This document shows positions 1 through 8,032 of a stretch of DNA of 16,498 nucleotides, piece after piece. This DNA is from Ignavibacteriota bacterium (lineage in GTDB: Bacteria > Bacteroidota > Ignavibacteria > UBA10030 > CAVZMI01), in contig CAVZMI010000031.1 of NCBI GenBank assembly GCA_963776275.1, positions 1 through 16,498 on the forward strand, given 5' to 3'. Made by a program: the position numbers and the translations under genes. Below the pieces are notes generated by a model that saw only the letters and a program-made list of their open reading frames with translations, was not told the origin of the DNA and made no database searches. Positions within the stretch are counted from its first letter, which is position 1. Each line of letters begins with the position of its first letter.

Positions 1-2
1 TC

Positions 3-1334
3 GTCACGCTTACTAAAATTGCTTACCAGTTTGGGCCGTTCTTCTTTGCCCTGCTCTTCACCCTTGTTATTAGCCGCTGGGCCTATAAGATCTACCATAA
101 ACAGCAAAAGTCTACTACCAAAGAAAAGAACACCTATCGATGGGTTTTCATAAGCACAACTTTTTTCGGAATGCTTCTGGTAATAGTATCGGTCATATGG
201 TGGTGGAATTACAGGCCTACGACATATGTATTTAGAGGAGAGGTAAAAAAACTCAAAGATTATGAGCGGGTTGTGTCCGGTAACCTGTACTTCAGGTCGC
301 GATGGACAGGCAAACTCGGAGAGAACATACCACAATTTCACGATGAGGAGTTCGCCGTTATCCAGGAAACGCCATTCTCCCAAAATCAACCATTTGACAT
401 GCTATTCTCAAAAGAACCCGACGATCCAAATCCAAAGAGCTTTACAATTAAATATCTCCCAGGCGACAAGTTACCCCGGTATGAGATCGTATGGGATGAT
501 TCGACGCACGAAAATAAGCTAAAGCGGTTGTCCGATTCAACTACATCCTCGAACAATGGATTCCGCTTCCTTTTCTTTGATCGTGCCTTTGCTCAGGATA
601 TAAAATCACAACACCTTTCTCAGGGGAAACAATCCACGATATTCCAAGTGCCAGATCAAGCCGCAAACAAGCATGAAGACATTATCAGTATACTCCAGGA
701 TGAGAGAGCCGATGTAGGAAGCAAGATTGCAGCACTGGACAAATTGCGTACGTTCGACAAGAAATCTCTTTTCAATGTTATTACGACACAAACCGAAAAA
801 GAAAACATGATTCTGACCATCGCCGATCTTGCCAGACACACCGATAGAGAGCTCGCATTCAAGGCTCAGCAACTCAGCAATTTAGTTAACTTGAACAAGA
901 TAATCTCTGACCGACTCAATTCAAAAAACGGAGTGGTTGTTAACGATGCCCAACAGATTGTTCATCGCCTCGACAAGGCACAAGCAGCAACGATATTGAA
1001 ATCTGTAAATACCATGCAATCTGGTGAAATGAAAAGGTTCGCCAAAGATATTTCGTCAGGTCGGGCCTTGACTCCCCTCAAGCCGACTGGATCCTCAAAA
1101 GGAGATCGTTATTATGTAAGAGCACAATGGAATCCAAATGATAAGATGACTGTGGATTGTCTAACACGGCTTTTTAACCAAGAGCTTTTCGATCGACCGT
1201 CATTGCAAAAAGAAGCAGATTTCATGAGAGGTCGCGGTGAGCGGTGGGTTTACTGGTATTCAAAGGAGTGGGCACTCGAGATGGCCGCAAAGATAAATAA
1301 GTGCGGCGGGAAGGCATCGTTTGGAAGTCCATAG
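3..1334 (+). CDS. Hypothetical membrane-anchored protein, 5'-truncated by the window edge
   Basis: The frame of ORF 171..1334 is open back to position 3 (VTLTKIAYQFGPFFFALLFTLVISRWAY...WVFISTTFFGMLLVIVSVIWWW), giving two hydrophobic segments. A soluble and apparently helical C-terminal part follows. No family recognised. Confidence 0.8.
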   Translation, partial: VTLTKIAYQFGPFFFALLFTLVISRWAYKIYHKQQKSTTKEKNTYRWVFISTTFFGMLLVIVSVIWWWNYRPTTYVFRGEVKKLKDYERVVSGNLYFRSRWTGKLGENIPQFHDEEFAVIQETPFSQNQPFDMLFSKEPDDPNPKSFTIKYLPGDKLPRYEIVWDDSTHENKLKRLSDSTTSSNNGFRFLFFDRAFAQDIKSQHLSQGKQSTIFQVPDQAANKHEDIISILQDERADVGSKIAALDKLRTFDKKSLFNVITTQTEKENMILTIADLARHTDRELAFKAQQLSNLVNLNKIISDRLNSKNGVVVNDAQQIVHRLDKAQAATILKSVNTMQSGEMKRFAKDISSGRALTPLKPTGSSKGDRYYVRAQWNPNDKMTVDCLTRLFNQELFDRPSLQKEADFMRGRGERWVYWYSKEWALEMAAKINKCGGKASFGSP

Positions 1335-1367
1335 AAACGAAAGTAACGATACACACAAAACAACTTC

Positions 1368-1438
1368 ATATAATACGCTGCACCACGACCCCGACTGGAA
1401 ACGTGAGCGGGACTGCGTCGTGCGGCGAGACGTTATTC
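1368..1438 (+). repeat. Degenerate attC-like imperfect hairpin
   Basis: ATATAAT (R''-like, AAC>AAT), then CGCTG-cac-CACGAC pairing with GTCGTG-CGGCG (1417-1427), then GTTATTC (R'-like). Lies just downstream of a stop codon. Confidence 0.4.
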
Positions 1439-1521
1439 ATCATTCACGGCGTGGCCACTGAACATTAACGCCATGCGATTACATGGCATATTTATTCACT
1501 ATTAACGAAAGGAGAATTATC

Positions 1522-1929
1522 ATGAGAAAAGTCACATTTGTATGCGCGGTGATCGCCCTAACCCTCGCATCGGCCGTCTTGGCACAGCCAGCGAGCACCC
1601 GATTCATCGGCTTCGTCGATACACCGGCAGTCGTCACGTTCAACCAATGGGGCCAAGCTATGGTACCTCTCGATCCTCAAACCGGCAGCGTTATCAGCAC
1701 CACCGGCTATCGTAAAGTCTGCATTCGAATCGGTACAACAAGCGCCACATCAATCATGATCAACATGGGAAAGATCAGTGGTGCGACGTTATCTCAGATG
1801 ATTACCCGGCCCATGAGTCAAAAAATTCAAACTTACGATGTGGTTGGACCTGAAATGGTGCTCTTTCTAACGGGAGAGCCTCCCAACAAGACTGAAAAAG
1901 TGCAGCTTTGGGTTTATCTAAGCTCGTAA
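1522..1929 (+). CDS. Small secreted hypothetical protein
   Basis: RBS GAAAGGAG precedes ATG 1522, which is preferred over 1483. Sec signal peptide MRKVTFVCAVIALTLASAVLA-Q, then a beta-rich mature part. Confidence 0.8.
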   Translation: MRKVTFVCAVIALTLASAVLAQPASTRFIGFVDTPAVVTFNQWGQAMVPLDPQTGSVISTTGYRKVCIRIGTTSATSIMINMGKISGATLSQMITRPMSQKIQTYDVVGPEMVLFLTGEPPNKTEKVQLWVYLSS

Positions 1930-2242
1930 GGAAGAAGCCATGACCTATTGTTCGGTCTTCGGTTCTCATCGTCGGCAATCCGGCGGCCGTAAGAAATCAG
2001 AAGCTGAACGCGCCGACTTCATTGAAACCGATCCTCTCTAGGTCGTGGGCATATGATGCATTAGACTTTTCGCCAGCGGCGGGTTTAAGCGTATATTGAG
2101 AATGCGAAGTATTAGTCCAGAGGCAGAGCGTTCCTCCATGCGTCTGGCTCAGGTATTGATCGCGTCAACGTGTACGTTGATCGACGAGCGCTCAATAACA
2201 CCCAACCAACAATGTCACTTTCCAGAAAGGGAAAGGAGAACT

Positions 2243-2974
2243 ATGGCAAATTCACGAGAGCGCACTTTTGCTGAAAAGATCAGTACGTGGGTACAGATCA
2301 TAGGAATTGTTGTGGCAACCGTGTGGGGTGCTTATACTTTTATTTACAAAGAAATTACCATTCCACGATCCGCACCCATAAATATTTCTGTCAACTTGGA
2401 ACTGAAAAAGATCGGGACGACCATGACGAATGTTTATAATCGCGCTGGATCAATCATCAACGTCGAAATGCAAATCTCGATGAAAAATCCAAGCTCGCGA
2501 AAGGTTGACCTTTTGCCAAGTGTTTGGATAGCATATGGATATACGGTTGCAGCCACAAAATTTGAGAGTATTGATTCCTTTGCCACACGTGCCACTGCTT
2601 TACTGAAGTACCCCCTTGGTTTCGTCGAAAGAGGATTCACTAGAACATCAGAAACTGTTCTGTCAACCGGGAGGCTGTTCACAGACACATATCTTAAACC
2701 AAATGAAACGGTTGCTCGAACGCATATACTTCACATTCCAGCGAACACATATGATGTGCTTGAAGTTGTTTGCATACTCCCTAGTGCTGCAGACGCAAGT
2801 AAGTTAGAAATCGAATGGAACCTCGATTCGAATATAGTCCTGAATGACGTGTGGTTTCATCTGGACAGAAAAGGACGACGTACACTAATAAGTTCCGATG
2901 AACTGGAGTCCTATTCAAAGCCGCCGTTCGAGTGTCAGTATTCGCGTTCAGTGTCCCAAATCTCATTACGTTGA
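2243..2974 (+). CDS. Hypothetical protein with one N-terminal TM helix and a beta-rich domain
   Basis: RBS GAAAGGAG at 2231-2238 precedes ATG 2243, preferred over TTG 2096. TM segment WVQIIGIVVATVWGAYTFIY. Confidence 0.8.
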   Translation: MANSRERTFAEKISTWVQIIGIVVATVWGAYTFIYKEITIPRSAPINISVNLELKKIGTTMTNVYNRAGSIINVEMQISMKNPSSRKVDLLPSVWIAYGYTVAATKFESIDSFATRATALLKYPLGFVERGFTRTSETVLSTGRLFTDTYLKPNETVARTHILHIPANTYDVLEVVCILPSAADASKLEIEWNLDSNIVLNDVWFHLDRKGRRTLISSDELESYSKPPFECQYSRSVSQISLR

Positions 2975-3034
2975 GGAGCGAATGTGCTTCTCTACTTTTT
3001 GTTAATGCTAAACACAATCGAAGTTAGTATATTA

Positions 3035-3191
3035 TGGTTCGACCACTCGACCGTTCGACAAGGTCTCGACAAGTGGTTCGACAAGCTCACCACGAGCTCG
3101 ACCCAAGACTCACGGCAGGCAAGCTCGTGGTAAACAAGCTTGTCCCGAGCTTGCCCCGAGTTAATCGAGGGGTATATCGAGGGGCTCACCA
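3035..3191. repeat. Nested cluster of seven REP-like mini-hairpins (N4-TCGA-loop-CTC-N4')
   Basis: Stem pairs TGGT/ACCA, CCAC/GTGG, CCGT/ACGG, GGTC/GACC and GTGGT/ACCAC are nested on +. Two more copies (TCCC/GGGG and CCCC/GGGG) are nested in the opposite orientation. Confidence 0.85.
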
Positions 3192-3279
3192 CAGATTGTA
3201 TTAACTCAACACCGTACCAGTGTCGAGTATTGAATAAATCGTTTGCCCCGGCCTTGGCCGAAGGCTCGTGACAAGCCGG

Positions 3280-3384
3280 CGGGACTTCGCATAGAACGTG
3301 CCGCCCCGACATATAACGTCGGGACTTCGCATAGAACGCGCCGCCCCGACACATAACGTCGGGATGGCGCACAAAACGCGCCAC
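3280..3384 (+). repeat. 40-bp tandem repeat, about 2.6 copies, with CCCGAC-N7-GTCGGG hairpins across the unit junctions
   Basis: CGGGACTTCGCATAGAACGYGCCGCCCCGACAYATAACGT at 3280-3319 and 3320-3359 (2 mismatches). A diverged partial copy lies at 3360-3384. Confidence 0.9.
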
Positions 3385-3412
3385 AAGACAAAAGACAAAA
3401 AAGGAATCCTAA

Positions 3413-4258
3413 ATGAAATTCCATAAATATCATGGACTCGGAAATGACTACATTGTTATCGATCCCAATGAAGCTTCTATTAATCTTAAAAATGAAATCA
3501 TCAGACTAATATGTGATAGAAATTATGGTGTTGGTTCTGATGGAATACTATACGGGCCTGAAAACAAGGATGGCAATCAATTTTCAGTTCGGATATTTAA
3601 CCCGGATGGAAGTGAGGCGGAAAAAAGCGGTAATGGAATGCGGATATTTTCAAGATATCTTTGGGATATTGGTCTTGTCACGGAAAAACCATTTCAGATT
3701 TCAACAAAGGGTGGAATTGTAACATCGCAAGTTTTAAATGATGGCGACATGATAAAAGTTGAAATGGGAAAAGTCTCTTTCAATGCAATCGATATTCCAA
3801 TAACCGGAAAGACCGGTGAAGTAATTAATCAAGAAATGGTAATCGGACAAAGAAAGCTGAAATACTGTGCTGCAACCATCGGGAATCCACATTGTATTAT
3901 TCTTGGTGAACAGATTTCACCGGAAATTGCTAAGGAACTTGGACCTGTCATAGAATGTAGTCCGCTATTTCCTAATCGGACGAATGTCCAATTCCTTAAA
4001 GTATTGAATAATTCAGAAATCCAAATTGAGATCTGGGAAAGAGGAGCCGGTTACACGCTTGCATCTGGCAGTAGCAGCATAGCGGCAGCTGCAGTAGCAC
4101 ATAAAATAGGCCTGTGCGGAAAAAATATTACGGTTCATATGCAAGGTGGCAACCTCGACATATCATTTTCTGATGATTTTACGGCGACGATGATCGGACC
4201 CGTAACGGCCGTATACGACGGCGTAATCAAGAATGACTTTTTCAATAAATGTATATAA
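3413..4258 (+). CDS. dapF: Diaminopimelate epimerase family protein, Ser/Ser active-site variant
   Basis: Motifs KYHGLGNDY, GVGSDG, FNPDGSEAEKSGNG, GNPH, FPNRTNVQF, WERGAGYTLASGSS and MIGP. Adjacent to dapL. Confidence 0.93.
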   Translation: MKFHKYHGLGNDYIVIDPNEASINLKNEIIRLICDRNYGVGSDGILYGPENKDGNQFSVRIFNPDGSEAEKSGNGMRIFSRYLWDIGLVTEKPFQISTKGGIVTSQVLNDGDMIKVEMGKVSFNAIDIPITGKTGEVINQEMVIGQRKLKYCAATIGNPHCIILGEQISPEIAKELGPVIECSPLFPNRTNVQFLKVLNNSEIQIEIWERGAGYTLASGSSSIAAAAVAHKIGLCGKNITVHMQGGNLDISFSDDFTATMIGPVTAVYDGVIKNDFFNKCI

Positions 4259-4280
4259 AGAAGAAAGGCAAAATGTTAAT

Positions 4281-5513
4281 ATGAGTTTCTTCGATGATAA
4301 AATTGCAGACCGACTTGGCGGCATCAATTTTGGAAAAACTACAGAAATTTACAAATTCGAAATGATCAAACGGGCTAAAGCAGCGGCGAAAATTGCGCGC
4401 CCTGAATTATCCCTAATCGATATGGGGGTCGGAGAGCCTGACTGGCCGGCAGATCCTATGGTTGTAGAAACCCTGTCACAGGAAGCAGGAAAACCAGAAA
4501 ATCGTTGGTATTCAGATAACGGCATTCCTGAATTTCAATATGCCGCTGCTCAGTATTTACACAATGTTTACGAATTACAAATTGAAAATCCTTTAGAGCA
4601 TATAGTTCATGGAATCGGATCAAAACCGATTCTTGCATTACTTCCAATTTGCTTGATAAATCCAGGGGACATTCTTCTAACAACTATACCCGGATATCCG
4701 GTATCGGCGACATATACAAAATATCTCGGAGGTGAGGTTTTCAACCTTCCTCTGTATGAGTCCAACTCATTTCTACCGGATTTAGAATCTATTCCACCTT
4801 CAATTTTGAAAAGATCAAAAGTCCTCTACCTGAATTATCCAAATAATCCTACGGGAGCTACGGCAACTCCGGAATTTTTCAAGTACTCAATTGACTTTGC
4901 ACACCGTTATGGAATCGTTATAATTCACGATGCTGCATATGCTTCGCTGACATATGATGGTTATAAATCGTTAAGCTTCTTGTCTATCGACGGCGCCATG
5001 GATGTCGGCGTCGAAGTCCATTCATTATCTAAAGCTTTCAACATGACGGGTTGGAGAATGGGTTTCATTTGCGGAAATTCCAAAGCCGTCAAGGCGTATG
5101 CAACGGTTAAAGATAACACTGATTCAGGACAGTTCCGGGCGATACAGAAAGCAGCTATACAGGCTTTAAGTCATTTGGCTATCACAAAGGCTACAGTAGA
5201 TAAATATTCGAGGAGATTTGATCTACTTGTAAATGCACTTTGCGAATTGGGATTCAAGGCGAAAAAGCCAAAAGGATCATTCTATTGTTATGTAAATGCG
5301 CCAATTGGCATAGATAAAGGTGAAGAATTCAAAACAGCATCAGAGTTTTCGGATTTTCTAATTCGAACATCCTTGATTTCAACGGTTCCCTGGGATGATG
5401 CAGGGAAATACATTCGATTCTCAGTGACATTTGAAGCCGATTCAATCGAACGCGAAAAAGAAATAATTGAAGAAATGAAAAATCGGTTGAGAAAATTAAA
5501 ATTGAAATTCTAA
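4281..5513 (+). CDS. dapL: LL-diaminopimelate aminotransferase (PLP-dependent, class I/II)
   Basis: Motifs DMGVGEPD, NYPNNPTG, DAAY, the PLP-lysine motif SLSKAFNMTGWR and KDNTDSGQF. The N-terminus RLGGINFGK..IYKFE is typical of a DapL subgroup. Follows dapF; ATG 4281 is the likely start. Confidence 0.88.
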   Translation: MSFFDDKIADRLGGINFGKTTEIYKFEMIKRAKAAAKIARPELSLIDMGVGEPDWPADPMVVETLSQEAGKPENRWYSDNGIPEFQYAAAQYLHNVYELQIENPLEHIVHGIGSKPILALLPICLINPGDILLTTIPGYPVSATYTKYLGGEVFNLPLYESNSFLPDLESIPPSILKRSKVLYLNYPNNPTGATATPEFFKYSIDFAHRYGIVIIHDAAYASLTYDGYKSLSFLSIDGAMDVGVEVHSLSKAFNMTGWRMGFICGNSKAVKAYATVKDNTDSGQFRAIQKAAIQALSHLAITKATVDKYSRRFDLLVNALCELGFKAKKPKGSFYCYVNAPIGIDKGEEFKTASEFSDFLIRTSLISTVPWDDAGKYIRFSVTFEADSIEREKEIIEEMKNRLRKLKLKF

Positions 5514-5548
5514 AACGGGCGCCTGGAGAAGAGCACCAGCCGGCAACA

Positions 5549-5651
5549 GCAAACAACAGCGTCTATGCGGCTCGGGTGGAGTACCGCCCTCACTCTAATT
5601 GCCCTGCGTTTTGCTTCGGGCAACTTCGCATAGCCGCGGACCCTCGTTTGC
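5549..5651 (+). repeat. attC-like branched hairpin
   Basis: GCAAAC (5549-54) pairs with GTTTGC (5646-51), and CTATGCG (5563-69) with CGCATAG (5627-33). Inner stems are GGGTGG/CCGCCC and TTGCCC/GGGCAA. It has AAC...GTT ends and lies just after the dapL stop. Confidence 0.55.
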
Positions 5652-5675
5652 AAATAAAATAAGGATTCTAATACA

Positions 5676-5924
5676 ATGACAAAAATCGAAGAAGGCGTTA
5701 AAGAAGTAATTTCCCAAAATAGTAGCTACACCGTCGATCAAATTCAACTTACAGACCCGATCGATAAATTTATTTCGTCGTTTATGGCAGACCGACTGGC
5801 AAGAGAGCTCAAAAGGAAGTTCTCTCAAATAGACACAACCGCAATGACAAATGAACTTTTCACGACATTAAAGAAAATATCTGATTTGATAAAACGTATT
5901 AACGACTATTATCCAAACACATGA
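5676..5924 (+). CDS. Small acyl-carrier-protein-like protein (divergent)
   Basis: 82 aa. IEEGVKEVISQ...ISSFMADRLARELKRKF...KISDLIKRI follows the ACP helix pattern, but the DSL motif is replaced by SSF. The stop overlaps the next start (ATGA). Confidence 0.6.
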   Translation: MTKIEEGVKEVISQNSSYTVDQIQLTDPIDKFISSFMADRLARELKRKFSQIDTTAMTNELFTTLKKISDLIKRINDYYPNT

Positions 5925-6739
5925 AAAACATAATTTCACTTATATTCTTTTTTATCACTACTATTTCCTGCTTTGGGCAAGAAAGAATATTCTCCCTGGG
6001 TTATGGAAAAACCTTCGTAACCAACGACTCCTCAGCTTTAAGTTTATCGTTGAACCTAAATCGTGTTCCCGGACAAAGTGAAAGAGCCGGCGGCTATTAT
6101 TTTATCAATGAGGTTATTGGCAGTGAGGGCTGGGGTTATTACCTAAAACCGACTATGGATATCAATATAGGAAGTAATATTTCCAGCTCCCCAAACAATA
6201 TTTCAGTTGGAGCGCCTTTAGGATTAGTGTACGACTTCAAAAAGTGTGAATTAGGAATATTTTCCTTCTATATCGAGGGCTCTCCTGAACTGGTTGCAGA
6301 TAAAAGCTTTAAAAATATTTTATATTACTTTTCGGTAAATTCATACTTAAAATATGAATTTCTAAACGACAAAGTTTTATTAAATATATTGTCGGGCGTT
6401 TCGAATGCAAACGGTGCCAGAAACCAATTCGATAAGGGTACAGACACCTATGGAAGACTTACCATTCCCTTCTTCATGAAATTAATTTGCTGGAATGCCG
6501 TATCATGCAATGGGAAATTATTTAAGCGAATAAATTGGACAAATTCATTCAAATTTAATTCAGTCTATGCCGACGACAGTAAAATAAATACCGACAACAA
6601 CTATATATATTTCAACTCGAAATTCGATTTCTACTTTACACCGAACATAGGTTTCAATATCACCTACTTTAACGGAAAAGAAGAGCCGGCTTTCAAACGC
6701 AACAATGCGGTTATATTTGGGCTCACATTATCGAGATGA
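5921..6739 (+). CDS. Secreted, probable outer-membrane beta-barrel protein
   Basis: Signal peptide MKNIISLIFFFITTISCFG-Q, alternating aromatic/hydrophobic beta-strands (KFDFYF, IGFNITY, VIFGLTLSR), AT-rich. Confidence 0.65.
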   Translation: MKNIISLIFFFITTISCFGQERIFSLGYGKTFVTNDSSALSLSLNLNRVPGQSERAGGYYFINEVIGSEGWGYYLKPTMDINIGSNISSSPNNISVGAPLGLVYDFKKCELGIFSFYIEGSPELVADKSFKNILYYFSVNSYLKYEFLNDKVLLNILSGVSNANGARNQFDKGTDTYGRLTIPFFMKLICWNAVSCNGKLFKRINWTNSFKFNSVYADDSKINTDNNYIYFNSKFDFYFTPNIGFNITYFNGKEEPAFKRNNAVIFGLTLSR

Positions 6740-6785
6740 AATCAGTTGCACATAAAATTGATTGAGTATAAGGAGGTATAATATC

Positions 6786-7826
6786 ATGTCTGAGAACACT
6801 ATCAACGAGTTCTTAAAAGGGAAACGGTTTTGGAGAATATCACCTCCAAAAGAAAAACTCCTGGAAAAGATTATCAGCCTTGAAAAGGACATCGCTGAGT
6901 ATAAAACAAGAAAATTGGACAACCGGCAAAAGCAGATTTTGGAAACCTGCGAAGATTATCTCCGGATTGCCAGGGAACTCCATACTAAAAGGTTCTCTCA
7001 CCCTCATCTCATTTGGAGTTTGCTGCACCGTGTCGATGAGCGTCTTATTCTTCTGATGCCGGGACATGAATTATCTGCAAGAGTGATCGACGTGAAGACA
7101 GCCTTTGACCTTACCATCAAGGAAGAGTCGGTACGAAAGGAATGGTTGTCCGACAAGGGGAAACTCGTGGAAGCGATTAATGATATTACAAGCGGCGGTA
7201 AGAATATTCAGAAGAGCAGATATATGGTAAAAGAAGCACTACAGTATCTCGATAATCTTGTGGACTACGGCTTCTGGAAGCTGTCGATGAATATCTTTAT
7301 GAGTGTTACGAGTGCTTTTTTTCTGGCAGTATTTATGCTCATATACTTTGAAGTATACCGCCAACACTTTGATGAATTGTTGACGGCACACAATCTGATG
7401 CCTTTTGCGATACTTGGTCTCATGGGCGGCTATCTCAGCAATCTTCTCACCAAAGAAGATTTCCTCTTTGTATGGGGTGAACCGTTCCTCAGATATCTTT
7501 TCTACAACTTGATGGTAAGGCCCGTCATTGGTGCTTTCTCCGCAGTGTTTTTCTTTCTGGTGGAACAGTCAAAGTTAATCTTTTCAATCAATCGCATCAT
7601 GGAGGGTAAGTCTATATCTGTGCAGCCGACTATTATTAATATAAACGTTAACCCGGATGCCCTTCAGTATGTTTACATTGTTCTTGCGATTACAGTCGGC
7701 TTTGCAGGTGAAAAAGCCCTGAGGGGAATGATGGACAAGGTCTTAAAACGCCTGGAAGAAAAGGCGGAAAAGACAAAAGAAACAAAGCCGGAGACAGTGA
7801 AGAATAAAAAACAGGAATCATCCTGA
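6786..7826 (+). CDS. Hypothetical membrane protein with an N-terminal helical domain and about 4 TM helices
   Basis: RBS AAGGAGG at 6770-6776 precedes ATG 6786. TM motifs GLMGGYLS, RPVIGAFSAVFFFL and IVLAITVGFAGEK. Confidence 0.8.
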   Translation: MSENTINEFLKGKRFWRISPPKEKLLEKIISLEKDIAEYKTRKLDNRQKQILETCEDYLRIARELHTKRFSHPHLIWSLLHRVDERLILLMPGHELSARVIDVKTAFDLTIKEESVRKEWLSDKGKLVEAINDITSGGKNIQKSRYMVKEALQYLDNLVDYGFWKLSMNIFMSVTSAFFLAVFMLIYFEVYRQHFDELLTAHNLMPFAILGLMGGYLSNLLTKEDFLFVWGEPFLRYLFYNLMVRPVIGAFSAVFFFLVEQSKLIFSINRIMEGKSISVQPTIININVNPDALQYVYIVLAITVGFAGEKALRGMMDKVLKRLEEKAEKTKETKPETVKNKKQESS

Positions 7827-8032
7827 AAAATGTGGAACTAGGATGGAATAGATTGGATCTTGATTTTATAGACAAAAGGTAGCATTTTGGTGTACCAGGT
7901 TTTTACCATTCTCTTTTTGAAGAGGTCAGTAATGGATTCACTGACTACAGTTTCTAACAGAGAGCTATGCCCCCACTTTATACCGATATTTATGTTGCAC
8001 CCCACCCGTTTTTGAAATTTCAAGGAGGTCCT

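Noticed and set aside
1990-2200. Possible attC site or hairpins between CDS 1522 and CDS 2243 (e.g. TCAACGT/ACGTTGA at 2165-2180)
   Set aside because: Only short stems are present, with no matched AAC/GTT boxes at suitable spacing. Too weak to call.
3280-3384. CRISPR array
   Set aside because: The units are head-to-tail with no unique spacers, there are fewer than three full copies, and no cas genes are present.
2992-3433. Minus-strand ORFs 2992..3384, 3201..3398 and 3206..3433
   Set aside because: They are translations of the nested and tandem repeat DNA, with no protein-like features.
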